From the IMG/VR virus record IMGVR_UViG_3300045988_151782, positions 1-39,874 of that record: a stretch of DNA of 39,874 nt; one strand, written 5' to 3'. The first letter of the stretch is position 1, and every line of letters begins with the position of its first letter. Shown here one piece after another: positions 24,308 to 34,281 of the stretch. Below the pieces are notes generated by a model. It saw nothing but the letters and a program-made list of their open reading frames with translations, was not told where the DNA came from and did no database searches. The DNA is from a virus. Position numbers and translations under genes: made by a program.

Positions 24308-24950
24308 GACGGGGGAAATGTATGTAGGGATTTTGAACGCTATGGATCATTATTGTGACAGCAAGGAAGACTGTGACGATTGTCAAATCAAAGAACCTGT
24401 TCAGGTCTATAAAGGGCAGAAACACCCTTGTTATGCTTATGTGGCAGACAATCCTCACGAGGCCGCCCGCCTGATGGGCTATCAGGTGGTGGAGGAAATG
24501 CGGGAGCCGCAATTAAATGCGGGGGAAAAGGAGGAGGCCAACATGGGCAAGAAGAAGCCCCTGAGCGATTGGACGCTGGGAGAAGTTAAAGAACACTGTA
24601 AGGAACAACGAGACACCCCAGCGAGATGTACGGGATGTAAAATGCAAAAGTATTGTGATCAATATTTCGGAAGGCAAGGAGACGCAGCTGCCCCTAAATA
24701 CTGGGACTTAACCGAGCCACCCCGTTGGACGGAGCAGGAGGTGGAGGATGCGGCCCATTTGAAAAAAATTCTTGACAGCCGAAAAATCGGCTACCTGACA
24801 AGAGAATGGGGTGGTGAGCTTCGCTTTTGCGATAACTATGGGAAAAGCGAAAGCGTATTTTCTTCGATTTCTCTCTGCCCTGCTATGTTCCCATCCATCC
24901 AGCCCGGCCAGTCCGTAACTCTTGACGAGATCATCGGAGGTGCGGAATGA
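24288..24950 (+). CDS. Hypothetical protein
   Basis: 220 aa with GGAGGGAGG upstream of the ATG at 24288. Confidence 0.55.
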   Translation: MKFRNPETGEMYVGILNAMDHYCDSKEDCDDCQIKEPVQVYKGQKHPCYAYVADNPHEAARLMGYQVVEEMREPQLNAGEKEEANMGKKKPLSDWTLGEVKEHCKEQRDTPARCTGCKMQKYCDQYFGRQGDAAAPKYWDLTEPPRWTEQEVEDAAHLKKILDSRKIGYLTREWGGELRFCDNYGKSESVFSSISLCPAMFPSIQPGQSVTLDEIIGGAE

Positions 24951-25267
24951 ACGAAGTAATCATTACCAGTGCATGGGACCTTGAAGATGACCAGCAGGCC
25001 AAAGCCGACGCGGGGAAGCCTCGTCCTACTCTGGTTCCTGTGTCTCTGATCGAGGCTGTGACGGCGGTCCGCATGTACGGAAATGAAAAGTACCACGACC
25101 CGGAGAATTGGCGGCAGGTGGAGCCGCAGCGCTATCAGGATGCTTTGTACCGGCACTGGCTGTCCTATCTCAAGGGTGAGAAGTGCGATCCGGAAAGCGG
25201 CCTGCCTCACCTGTGGCATCTGGCTTGTAATGCGGCATTTTTGATTGAGATGGAGGGCAAAGAATGA
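24947..25267 (+). CDS. Putative dATP/dGTP diphosphohydrolase-like domain protein (DUF5664-like)
   Basis: 106 aa; ...KPRPTLVPVSLIEAVTAVRMYGNEKYHDPENW... The family assignment is from memory. Confidence 0.45.
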   Translation: MNEVIITSAWDLEDDQQAKADAGKPRPTLVPVSLIEAVTAVRMYGNEKYHDPENWRQVEPQRYQDALYRHWLSYLKGEKCDPESGLPHLWHLACNAAFLIEMEGKE

Positions 25268-25686
25268 GAGATATCCTTTTCAAAGCCAAGCGGCTGAGTG
25301 ATGGCGAATGGGTAGAGGGAAACATTGTGAATGTCCCGGCAGATGCCGACTTTATGCCGGGAGCGTACATTCTGCCACGGTTGGTTTCAGCCAGGGCAGA
25401 CCCGCCCACAAAAGGCATTATGCTTGGTGGGTTCTTTGAGGTTGACCCCTCCACGGTATGCCAGTATACCGGCCTGACCGACAAGAGGGGAAAGAGAGTG
25501 TTTGTCGGGGATATTGTAAGATGCAGCCGTGGTTGTCCGCATGAGGTGGTATGGGTCCAGGAACACGGTGGAACTTTTATCGGAGGAATGCCAGCAGTGT
25601 ATCTATCTGATTTAAACCCAGGATATGCATGGACAGGTGAGGAAGAAATGATAGGCAACCTCCACGACGGGGAGGGCGGACAATGA
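25264..25686 (+). CDS. YopX-family protein
   Basis: MRDILFKAKRLSDGEWVEGN...VCQYTGLTDKRGKRVFVGDIV. Confidence 0.7.
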   Translation: MRDILFKAKRLSDGEWVEGNIVNVPADADFMPGAYILPRLVSARADPPTKGIMLGGFFEVDPSTVCQYTGLTDKRGKRVFVGDIVRCSRGCPHEVVWVQEHGGTFIGGMPAVYLSDLNPGYAWTGEEEMIGNLHDGEGGQ

Positions 25687-26090
25687 CAAAAGAAGAATCA
25701 TTGACATGGGTGAAATCGTTAAAGCCAGGAGATATCGTAATATACAGCGGGTTTGGGGCTGCGGGAAGGATTCAAACTGCTAAAGTAGAAAAAGTCACTC
25801 CATCTGGTATTGTCAGGACCAATCGGGGCAGTTTTAAAGAATCTCCATGGAGCTGGTCTGGAAGAGTAGGCGGCTATGGGAAAACACCTGGAGAGATTAG
25901 CCCGCCAACGGCAGAATTGCTTATCGAGGCAGAGCTTCAAGAAGCGGAAGATGCTGCTGAGAAGAAGCGGCGAGACACCATCTACAAGGCGCGGAACCTG
26001 ATTTCCGAACTATATTATAATAGATTCCGTATCGACTATGACACGGCAGTTGAGATAATCAATGTGTTAGAGAGGTGGCGGACAGCATGA
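25683..26090 (+). CDS. Hypothetical protein
   Basis: 135 aa with ATGA coupling. Confidence 0.55.
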   Translation: MTKEESLTWVKSLKPGDIVIYSGFGAAGRIQTAKVEKVTPSGIVRTNRGSFKESPWSWSGRVGGYGKTPGEISPPTAELLIEAELQEAEDAAEKKRRDTIYKARNLISELYYNRFRIDYDTAVEIINVLERWRTA

Positions 26091-26305
26091 GCGATTGGAT
26101 TAGCGTCAGGGAGCGGTTGCCGGAAGTGGGGCAAGAAGTGTTGGTATACTGGCGGAATACATCTCAAAAAGCGGAACATTTTGAATTGACACATTACACA
26201 GGGGACCATTGGTATTTACTTGACAATACAGGCCGACCTTGGATTGAGGTTGTTGCATGGATGCCCCTCCCCGAACCACCAAAGGAGAATCAGCAGCATG
26301 AGTAA
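26087..26305 (+). CDS. DUF551-like protein
   Basis: MSDWISVRERLPEVGQEVLVYW... Confidence 0.6.
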   Translation: MSDWISVRERLPEVGQEVLVYWRNTSQKAEHFELTHYTGDHWYLLDNTGRPWIEVVAWMPLPEPPKENQQHE

Positions 26306-26579
26306 AAAAGTCAACCCCCGCAGACAACCGGCGTCAAAGGCAGATGTAAAACGGGCTGAGCTTCGTGGGCGGGATGATGGCATCAAATTCGCAAGCGCTC
26401 TATTTTTGATGGCCCTGCGCGATAAGGAGGGCTTTGATCTGGAAGCTCTGCAAAAGGTCTGGAAAGAGGTTGGAGACTTGGCGGACAGCATTGCGGAAGG
26501 CTATTGCAGCATCGAGGATTTACATACCGTCTTAGAGTCTGAAGCGGGCGCCAAAATTGTGGGAGGGATAGCCACATGA
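26298..26579 (+). CDS. Hypothetical protein
   Basis: 93 aa with AAAGGAGA upstream. Confidence 0.55.
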   Translation: MSKKVNPRRQPASKADVKRAELRGRDDGIKFASALFLMALRDKEGFDLEALQKVWKEVGDLADSIAEGYCSIEDLHTVLESEAGAKIVGGIAT

Positions 26580-26713
26580 CCGAATGGTGTCTAGCCCATC
26601 CGTGGATGACCTTTTTCTTGCTAACATTTGCTCTGCTCGTCATCGACGAAATAGTATGCACGATTGCGAATGCCCTTGCAAGCAAGAACAGAGACAAGCA
26701 TGAGGAGGGATAG
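26576..26713 (+). CDS. 45-aa membrane peptide
   Basis: ATGA coupling. Translation: MTEWCLAHPWMTFFLLTFALLVIDEIVCTIANALASKNRDKHEEG. It ends in TAG. Confidence 0.4.
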   Translation: MTEWCLAHPWMTFFLLTFALLVIDEIVCTIANALASKNRDKHEEG

Positions 26714-26716
26714 CGA

Positions 26717-27079
26717 TTGACCAGTCAAGGAATAGAAGCCTTCCTCTCCTATCTACGAGAAACCGAGAAACGTTACCACATGGCAGAATTGGACGAGCAG
26801 GAAGCAAATGACGAGACACAGGACATCCTACATAGCTTGGAGCTTCAAGATCATGACTATCACGACTTTGCTCGTCTATCAAAGGAGCTGAGAGGAGTCC
26901 GTCAGAAAAGACGGGCTGCAAAGGACACTATGAGTGAGACGGCTCCGGTTCTTGACTGGATAGACGCAAATCGCTCAACGATCAAAAGCCTTGAGCGGTT
27001 GCTGGGAGATGTGCGGAAAGCTGAGAAGAACACCGAGAATCGAATTTATACGCCAAAGGTGAGGAGGGATAGCCCTTGA
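26717..27079 (+). CDS. Hypothetical protein
   Basis: 120 aa, TTG start 7 nt after GGAGGG. It is in frame with the preceding ORF across TAG plus one codon. Confidence 0.55.
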   Translation: MTSQGIEAFLSYLRETEKRYHMAELDEQEANDETQDILHSLELQDHDYHDFARLSKELRGVRQKRRAAKDTMSETAPVLDWIDANRSTIKSLERLLGDVRKAEKNTENRIYTPKVRRDSP

Positions 27080-27125
27080 ATGAGTTCCCGGGGATAAAAC
27101 ACGAAAGCACAAAGGAGGCGTCACA

Positions 27126-27854
27126 ATGACAGAGTTGAAAGTTTTCAACAATCCCGAATTCGGGCAGATTCGCACTATCACAGAGAAGGGCAAGACTCTG
27201 TTCTGTGCAAAAGACGTGGCCCAAGCTCTTGGCTACAAGGACACTACCAACGCCATCAAGCAACATTGCCGTGGGGTGGTGAAACGCCACCTCACCGATG
27301 ACTTGGGAAGAAACCAGCTCACAAACTTCATCCCTGAGGGTGATATCTACCGCCTTGCTACTTCCTCCCAGCTCCCTGGCGCAGAGAAATTCGAAAGCTG
27401 GATTTTTGACGAGGTCCTCCCAACTATCCGCAAGACGGGACAGTACACAGCCAAGCCCATGACGGAGTATCAGCAGATGATGGCTGAGACTCGTCGCAGA
27501 AATGCCCGTGTTCAATCCGCCCGCATTTTGACACAGCTTGCAAAGCAGTACCATGGAACTACATACGAACAGGTGCTGAACGCTCACGCCACAAAGGAGC
27601 TGACCGGGGAATACTTGCTGCCTCTCCCACAGCTAGAAGCGAAAACATATAGTGCCGAAGAGATTGGGAAGATTCTTGGAATCAGTTCCAATAAGGTCGG
27701 GACACTTGCAAACCAGAACGAATTAAAAAACGATGAGTACGGACAGTGGTTCAAGGATAAGGCGAAATGGAGCAACAAGGAGGTCCCATCGTTTCGTTAT
27801 TATGAGAACGTGATTCCGATCCTGCGCGGCATTTTGGACCGCGAAAAGTACTAG
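27126..27854 (+). CDS. Bro-N domain antirepressor-like protein
   Basis: LKVFNNPEFGQIRTITEKGKTLFCAKDVAQALGYKDTTNAIKQHC...ESWIFDEVLPTIRKTGQY. Confidence 0.75.
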   Translation: MTELKVFNNPEFGQIRTITEKGKTLFCAKDVAQALGYKDTTNAIKQHCRGVVKRHLTDDLGRNQLTNFIPEGDIYRLATSSQLPGAEKFESWIFDEVLPTIRKTGQYTAKPMTEYQQMMAETRRRNARVQSARILTQLAKQYHGTTYEQVLNAHATKELTGEYLLPLPQLEAKTYSAEEIGKILGISSNKVGTLANQNELKNDEYGQWFKDKAKWSNKEVPSFRYYENVIPILRGILDREKY

Positions 27855-27869
27855 CGAAGAAAAAGAGAA

Positions 27870-27889
27870 GCCCCGCCAACCGGCGGGGC
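27870..27889. terminator. Bidirectional terminator hairpin between convergent operons
   Basis: GCCCCGCC-AACC-GGCGGGGC, with an A-run before it and GTTCT after it. Confidence 0.7.
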
Positions 27890-27893
27890 GTTC

Positions 27894-30800
27894 TCATGCA
27901 TAGGGATTCCGCTTCCAGCTTTTGTTGATGATCGTCCAGAGGTCCGCCTTTTGTTCCCGTGTGAAATCCTGCCCGTCCAGATAAGCCTGCGCCTCTGTTT
28001 GAGAAACGCTGTTGTTTCCGTCACTGTCAAGTCCGGCTTTCATGCCGGCATATTGCCCCACCGTTAACCCGGCCTGAACCGCCTGTATGGTTTTCTCATA
28101 GGCCTTTCCGCTCATGATCTCAGACCCATACTGGCGGTAAAGCGCCAAGTATTCCGCGGGAGAAACGCCCAATTCTCTCTGTGCGTTCTCCGCGTGGCCG
28201 ACCCACGCCGGCACACTGTCGTCCCCGAGGATCGCCTTCTTCGCCCGCTGGCTGGCGTAGTCGCCGCACAGATTCAGAAGCGTCGCCTTTTCCTCGTCGC
28301 TTGCCCCACGGTAAGCACGGCTGCCCATCATGGACGAAAATGTGGTGAGCGCCACAGCTCCGCGTTCCCGGAGATAGTCCTGCCGCTCCTCATAGGTCAG
28401 GGACTTGCTGTGCTGCTTCCCGTTACTGTCCGTGTAGGAGACCTTCGACGGGGCGCTCTTGCTGAGATAGAAGGAAGTATCTCCGGTTCGTCCCCGCAAG
28501 GTCTCCATCTCCCGTGATACCGCGCTTTGCGTGTAGGTGTTGACGCCGATGGGGTTCAACAGCGTATTGAGCAGGCGGGCCGTATCATTTTCAATCTGAT
28601 AGGTCTTCTCATCCCCCATAGGATTCACGGAGCCGGGGAGCTCTTCCCGCAGCACGGGGATGCTGTTCTGCACGGTATCACGTACATTTTCCAACAGTGT
28701 GTCTCCGGTATAGGTATTCCTGGGCCGGTCATCCAGGCCCCGCGCTGTTGTCCGCAGGATGTTCGGAATTACAGAGGCCGCGACGGTGTTAGCTCCCTCT
28801 TGCAAAAGCACCTCCCGCGGGTCCTCGCCGTACCGGATAATATCAGTCGCCGCGTTCCCGAGGAACTGCATGACGGGGAGCTCCGCGGTGGAGTCCATGA
28901 AGGCCTCGCTGGTAGCGTTGAACGCCGTCACGATGGGGTTTTGGTAATCCTTTGCCATCTCCGTTCCAAGATTCATCAGAAGATTCAGCGGCTGGACGGA
29001 GGACAGGTCGATCAGGGTGTCCCCATCCTGCCATACCGGACTCCCATCATGAATCCACCGCTCCGCCGCGGAGAGATTGAGCTGCGTCCCGGTGATTCCC
29101 TCGCTGGAGTTCAGCGCCGCCACATCGGGGTCGTTTTCATCGTCCGCCTGCCGGAGAAGTCCGGCCCTGGCAAGAAGCATGAAGCCGTAAGCGATTGCGG
29201 TCCCGGTCAGCCCCCGCGCCGTGTCGGAAACGGCCCGCGCCTGCGCCGCCGGGTCCACCGTTTTCTTCTGTACCGCTTGCGCCACATTCCTTGCGATCTC
29301 CACGGTCCCGCGCACGGCGTTCACCGGGGAGTATTCAAGCCCCCGGGAGGCGAGGTTTCCGGCCACGCGGGTAAACGGCGCCACAATATCGCCCAGGCCA
29401 AAGCTGTGGACGGTCTTTCCGCGGACGCTCCGCCCGCTGTCGCCCACGCCTGCAATCATATTCAAAACATCGTGAATGTCCTGAATGGCAATAGAAAGAG
29501 CGCTGTTGTCCTGGAACGTCCGGTAGCGGGCCAGGTTCTGAGCCTGCTCCTGGGCATAGCCGGGGTTGTCCGTCCTGATCTTTCCGGAATCTACCAGCGC
29601 CTGTGTGCGGCGCGCGGTCCCGCTGGCGAGTCCCTTATAAAACTCATCGGTTGCGTTCAGCAAATATGCCTGATTGCGCTCCAGCATGGAGAGAACCCGT
29701 TCCGGAAGTCTCCCGCCGGCGCGGAACGTGCGGTTGCTGCTGGTTCCATAACGGCTTTCGGTCCCGCTCATGTCCACGTCCATCGTGATCTCCGCAATCG
29801 CCATCCGCATGGCCTGCACAGCGGCGTTCAGGCTGGTCCCTCCGCTTGCGACGCTCCGGGTTCCTGTGACGTGGGAGAGCGCCATGTCCAGAATCGACGC
29901 GCCCCGCATGGCAAGGGCGTCAATCCCATAGAAAGACGTGTTTCCAACAAGGTTTCTCGCGGGGGTGACAGGGCTGGAGAGCATATTCAAAACCTGAATC
30001 GTCTTGATCCGCTGCCCCCAGTTCACCGGGGTGCTGTCCGTGCTGAGCGCGGAGGTGGCCGCATATGCGAACTGCTTAAGCTGGTCAAAGCTCAGCGCGT
30101 CCAGACTGCTGCCGGCCGCTGCCGTCAGGATGCGGCTCTCCCGGTTGGTCAGACTGTTGTTGAGTACTCCGCGCTGCCGGGACACCTCCAGAATGATGTC
30201 TTTAAGCTGCTGCGGTGTTTGGGCCTGTTCAATTTGGGTGTCCCACTGAACAATGCGCTGGAATAACCGCTGCCTGCCCTCGTCAGAGAGATTGGAGTTC
30301 TGCAGATTCTCCCAGGCTTCCAGCTCAGACGTCTGCCCGTTCTGGTTGTTCCGGCGGCTCCACTTGGCGTTAGCCTGGACGCCCTGGCCGGTGGAGGTCT
30401 CATGTTCCCGCATGATCTGTAGGAAATTCGTGTATTCCTCCGCTGGAATTTCCATGTTGGCGGATTTGCCCTGGAGCTCCTGCTGAATCATTCTGGCCGC
30501 GTCCATCTGCGGCGCGTTCCACGCCGTCGCGTCATCTAAGGATTGTACCAGCTCATGGAACGCCGCCTCATCAATGTCCCGCAGGAACGTCCGATGACCG
30601 TCCCGGATGAAATAGACCAGCTCCTCTGCTCTTGCGATAGACTGCCCCTCTGTCTGGCTCATATACCGGAAGAGCTTCGCGTAGTCATCCCGAGAGAGTC
30701 CAGTCGCCGCCTCCTGATATTGGTTGTACGGCATGGATTCCGCGAGACGGCTGGTCTGCTCCTTTCCCTCCATGCCGGGCGTTGTGAACCCCTCCCGCGC

Positions 30801-32873
30801 GCTCCCCAGATTATCATAAGTCTCACCGCTTTGCTGCTGTGGCCTCCCGAACAGGATGGTGTCAGAGTTGACATTTTCCGCCCCCGGTGCTATGATAGAA
30901 TCAGGATTGAGGGGACGCGTACCCTCAATCGGGCTTGACGTCTCGGTGGAAGCCGTAGGTGATGGACCTACCAAGCTGGCCTCCGCAGGCGTCAGGTCCC
31001 CAGACGCCGGAGATTGTGTCCCAGCGTCGCCATTGGCGGCAAGGCTGGTTGGAGTGGCACTTTCTCCCGCGTCTATTTTTATGATGTTTCCAGTGGAATC
31101 AACTACTTCATGCAGATAGAATCGGTTCTTACTGGTACGTTTCACCACTGCTGCCACATAAGCGGTCTGCCCGTCCATAATCACCGGAGCGGCAAACACA
31201 TACCCGTCATAGCCTCTATTTTTCCAGTTTTCCGCGAAATAGATTTGTTGCCCGCGCCGTATTACCTCCGGAACAGCAGCAATTGTAGCAGCTTTTGCAG
31301 GGCCCACTCCGTGACTCAGGTCATCTTTCACAGAGCGTCCATTGATTTCCACATCTCCAAAGTCTGGTCTTGTTACAATACCCTTGACAGTCTCAAACAA
31401 GTTCCGTGCTTTTTCGGCCATTGTACTGCCGCTCACACGCTCTATTGCCTGTATGCCTGTCCTTGCCACCGGCTCCACTTCTTTCAGCGCCGGTATACTC
31501 TCCTTCAATTTTTGGACTACGGTGTATGTATCGCGGTCCGCTTTCACCGCCGTCCCCACCTCGGGGGCGGTCTTGTTTTGCCCCAGGATGCCATGTGCGC
31601 CATCTTGCACCCCAGGGGCACCCGCGCCCCCGCTGTCCCTGCCAAACGCTCCTGCGCCCTCCTGTGCCGCCGTTGGGCCTATTCTGTTCACGGCCACATC
31701 TGTGGCACCGCCGACGCCGCCTAGCGCCGCACCTATCAGCCCATCATATAACGTGTCTGAAAGAAATTCCGGGTTCTGGTACTGGGAGAGAGCTCCGCTG
31801 TCATAGGTGATTCGTTGAAGAAGCGGCTGCACCAAGTCTTCCACCACTTCCTCCCCGCCCTCACCGATAGCAGAGAGCACGGTTCGACCTGCCGCGGACT
31901 GTGACAGCTTTGCGGGAAGCCGGGAGAGTGCGTCATCCAAAACGCCTGCGCCGAATGCGGCCTTAAACGGCGCGGCTACGTTTGAGATTTTCTCTGTGGC
32001 AACGGACAGCGCGGCGCTGCCCGTGCCGTATAGAAGCTGCTGCCCCAGGTCCGCACCGGACTGTCTGGCCGTCTGCGCGGAGGAACCAAAGCTTCGGACC
32101 GCCATCGGCAAAAGAGCGCCGCCGCCTGTCACGGAACCGGCCAAAATATCCCCTAGAAGTTGTGTCCCAGCCACGCCCACATCTACCGCAAACTGTCCCG
32201 CCCGGCCAAGACCTTCTTTGGCGGCGGCAATGTCTCCCTGAGAAGATGCGCTCAACCGGTCCGCACCGCCTTGGATGCGCTGAACGGCCTGAGATAGCGG
32301 CTCATGCTGCGCAGCTGCGCTCTCCGTGTAGACGCCGGCGCGCTGTTCCGCCAATTCCGCAAGACGGAGCAGGCGTTCCCGGTCCCCGTCCTCCATCGTC
32401 CTGCCGTCCGCGAACCTTCCGGCCGAAACCATCTCCCGGTAGCGTCTGGCGTTTTCCAGCTCCTGACGAGCCCTCTGGTTTTCCTGAGAGGCGTTGATGT
32501 CCGCCTGCCGCAGGGCGTCCAGCGCGGTCCCCGCAGTATTGGCAAATCCGGACGCCGTACTCTTTGCGGCGCCTCGAATGACAGCGCCGGTCCGCGACGA
32601 TAAAATCTCGTCAACGCCACGCTGCGCCTCCTGCTTGAGCTGGTTCCTCATGCTTAAGGCGCGACCTGGCAAAGAATCTTCTGCCTGAGCAGTATTCTTT
32701 TTCATACTAGAAGTTATCGCATTGACAAGTGCATCCTTTTTGATTTCTGGATTGCGTCCTGTCGGCTTTCGAACGGGGGCCTGTGCGCGTTTCCGAACCG
32801 CCTGGACCTGTTCTTCGGTTGGGTTTGCGGAACCGTATACCCGTCTTCTCAGATCATCAAATTCTTTTGACAT
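27894..32873 (-). CDS. Giant virion-associated protein (ejection/internal or polyvalent type)
   Basis: 1659-aa uninterrupted ORF. The N-terminal third is A/G/S-rich and tape-measure-like. An internal module ...ENWKNRGYDGYVFAAPVIMDGQTAYVAAVVKRTSKNRFYLHEV is typical of polyvalent-protein domains. Confidence 0.65.
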   Translation of the reverse strand: MSKEFDDLRRRVYGSANPTEEQVQAVRKRAQAPVRKPTGRNPEIKKDALVNAITSSMKKNTAQAEDSLPGRALSMRNQLKQEAQRGVDEILSSRTGAVIRGAAKSTASGFANTAGTALDALRQADINASQENQRARQELENARRYREMVSAGRFADGRTMEDGDRERLLRLAELAEQRAGVYTESAAAQHEPLSQAVQRIQGGADRLSASSQGDIAAAKEGLGRAGQFAVDVGVAGTQLLGDILAGSVTGGGALLPMAVRSFGSSAQTARQSGADLGQQLLYGTGSAALSVATEKISNVAAPFKAAFGAGVLDDALSRLPAKLSQSAAGRTVLSAIGEGGEEVVEDLVQPLLQRITYDSGALSQYQNPEFLSDTLYDGLIGAALGGVGGATDVAVNRIGPTAAQEGAGAFGRDSGGAGAPGVQDGAHGILGQNKTAPEVGTAVKADRDTYTVVQKLKESIPALKEVEPVARTGIQAIERVSGSTMAEKARNLFETVKGIVTRPDFGDVEINGRSVKDDLSHGVGPAKAATIAAVPEVIRRGQQIYFAENWKNRGYDGYVFAAPVIMDGQTAYVAAVVKRTSKNRFYLHEVVDSTGNIIKIDAGESATPTSLAANGDAGTQSPASGDLTPAEASLVGPSPTASTETSSPIEGTRPLNPDSIIAPGAENVNSDTILFGRPQQQSGETYDNLGSAREGFTTPGMEGKEQTSRLAESMPYNQYQEAATGLSRDDYAKLFRYMSQTEGQSIARAEELVYFIRDGHRTFLRDIDEAAFHELVQSLDDATAWNAPQMDAARMIQQELQGKSANMEIPAEEYTNFLQIMREHETSTGQGVQANAKWSRRNNQNGQTSELEAWENLQNSNLSDEGRQRLFQRIVQWDTQIEQAQTPQQLKDIILEVSRQRGVLNNSLTNRESRILTAAAGSSLDALSFDQLKQFAYAATSALSTDSTPVNWGQRIKTIQVLNMLSSPVTPARNLVGNTSFYGIDALAMRGASILDMALSHVTGTRSVASGGTSLNAAVQAMRMAIAEITMDVDMSGTESRYGTSSNRTFRAGGRLPERVLSMLERNQAYLLNATDEFYKGLASGTARRTQALVDSGKIRTDNPGYAQEQAQNLARYRTFQDNSALSIAIQDIHDVLNMIAGVGDSGRSVRGKTVHSFGLGDIVAPFTRVAGNLASRGLEYSPVNAVRGTVEIARNVAQAVQKKTVDPAAQARAVSDTARGLTGTAIAYGFMLLARAGLLRQADDENDPDVAALNSSEGITGTQLNLSAAERWIHDGSPVWQDGDTLIDLSSVQPLNLLMNLGTEMAKDYQNPIVTAFNATSEAFMDSTAELPVMQFLGNAATDIIRYGEDPREVLLQEGANTVAASVIPNILRTTARGLDDRPRNTYTGDTLLENVRDTVQNSIPVLREELPGSVNPMGDEKTYQIENDTARLLNTLLNPIGVNTYTQSAVSREMETLRGRTGDTSFYLSKSAPSKVSYTDSNGKQHSKSLTYEERQDYLRERGAVALTTFSSMMGSRAYRGASDEEKATLLNLCGDYASQRAKKAILGDDSVPAWVGHAENAQRELGVSPAEYLALYRQYGSEIMSGKAYEKTIQAVQAGLTVGQYAGMKAGLDSDGNNSVSQTEAQAYLDGQDFTREQKADLWTIINKSWKRNPYA

Positions 32874-32875
32874 GG

Positions 32876-34156
32876 TTATTCCCTTTCGTTTCCAAGCGCC
32901 TGCAAAATAGTAGCAAGTCCATCCTCATTGATTTTTCCGCCATCAAGTTGCTGTGTGAGATAATTTTTAATCTCAGCATCGCTGTTACCGTTTCGAATCA
33001 TATTCTGTACCATTTGAAGCGTGTGTCCATACTGCGATCCATAAAGTCCGGCACTGGAATTTTTCAAAATCGTATCATAATCCGGAAGGTTTGCGTAGTC
33101 AACAGTCACGGTGTTGTTCTTCGTCGGGCTTCTGCTGGGCGTTGTTCTACCAGAAGAGGAAGACCTGCTGCCGGAAGAACCTCCCTGCAGCGCGGCCATC
33201 CGCATGGAGAGGGCGTCCGAGGAGGAAATCCCAGCCTGGGTGAGTGTAGCGTTATCAGGCATAATTCCGGCGCCTAGCATGGTCATCGCCAGGTTATACG
33301 CGTACTCCCGGTTTTGCGCGGCAAGGCTATCCTGATACTGCTGCTGCGAGGCCTGAAACTGCTGATTCCACTGATTATTTGCGGTGTTGAATTGCGCCTC
33401 CCAATTTGCCTGCTCCTGGGCGAGCTGGGCAAGCTGCATGGAGGCGTCGTCCTGCCGGACATACTCGCTGTACAGCGCCTGGGCTAACTGCGCGTTACCC
33501 TGGGCCTGAGCCTGAGCCGCCGCATTCCGGTACTCCACGGCAAGAAGCTGCTGCTGTAAGGCGTTCTCCGCCAGCGCATTGGACTCCTGTGTGGAAATGT
33601 CGGAGAGATTGCCTTGCAGCGTCGCGGAGTTTGCGAGCGCTGCCTGCCCAGAGGTGCCGGTATTCAGCCCCCGGGCGTTGGCATACTCGTTAAACGCCTG
33701 CCGCGCGATTTCATTTTGACTGGCTGCTTCATTTCGGGCGGCCTGATAGGTGACAGGAATCTTCTCCGCATTGGCCTGCAGGCCCGCGAGGTTTTGTTCA
33801 TAGGCGGACTGCAGCGCTGCAAGCTGGGCCTGTGTGTTCGCGGCGTACATCGCGTTGAGATATTCAGACAAGTCCGAAACGCTGCCGCCGCGGCTGTGGC
33901 TTCCACCCGAAGAACCACCCCCGCCGCCGCTTCCGGAGTCGTTGAACAGCTGGTGGGAGGTGTTGGTTCCCTTGACCGCATAGCCCGATTCATCGTATGT
34001 GACCTTGTACTTTCCGCTGGTCGTGGTCTGTTCCACCGTCTGGCCGGCGAGGTCCGGCCGCTTGGACATGTCCGGTTTGTTTGGGTATACCTTATGGGGC
34101 TTGGAGGACTCCGTGAAGCCCTGCTCCATCTCCTCTTTTGTCCAGGTGCTTGCCAT
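32876..34156 (-). CDS. Q/A/N-rich coiled-coil virion protein
   Basis: 426 aa with AAAGGAG SD, in an operon with the giant protein. It contains a poly-Gly/Ser linker. Confidence 0.6.
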   Translation of the reverse strand: MASTWTKEEMEQGFTESSKPHKVYPNKPDMSKRPDLAGQTVEQTTTSGKYKVTYDESGYAVKGTNTSHQLFNDSGSGGGGGSSGGSHSRGGSVSDLSEYLNAMYAANTQAQLAALQSAYEQNLAGLQANAEKIPVTYQAARNEAASQNEIARQAFNEYANARGLNTGTSGQAALANSATLQGNLSDISTQESNALAENALQQQLLAVEYRNAAAQAQAQGNAQLAQALYSEYVRQDDASMQLAQLAQEQANWEAQFNTANNQWNQQFQASQQQYQDSLAAQNREYAYNLAMTMLGAGIMPDNATLTQAGISSSDALSMRMAALQGGSSGSRSSSSGRTTPSRSPTKNNTVTVDYANLPDYDTILKNSSAGLYGSQYGHTLQMVQNMIRNGNSDAEIKNYLTQQLDGGKINEDGLATILQALGNERE

Positions 34157-34173
34157 GTCTGATCACTCCTTTG

Positions 34174-34243
34174 CAAAAATAAAAGCGCCGAAAGGCTGGA
34201 TTTCTCCAGTCCTTCGGCGCCAAGCGCTCTCGCTTATGATTCA
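34174..34243 (-). promoter_or_regulatory. Conserved leader box plus terminator hairpin, copy B
   Basis: The same 28-nt box as 8643-8670, then the hairpin GCGCCGAAGGACTGG/CCAGCCTTTCGGCGC, then TTTTATTTTTG. It ends 17 nt before the ATG at 34156. Confidence 0.6.
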
Positions 34244-34252
34244 TTTATCCTC

Positions 34253-34281
34253 ATTATATACGAAAAAAAGCCGCCTCGCAA
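34253..34281 (-). promoter_or_regulatory. Sigma-70-type promoter of the second virion operon
   Basis: Minus strand: TTGCGA (34281-34276), 17 nt, TATAAT (34258-34253). The predicted start falls at the first bases of the conserved box. Confidence 0.5.
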
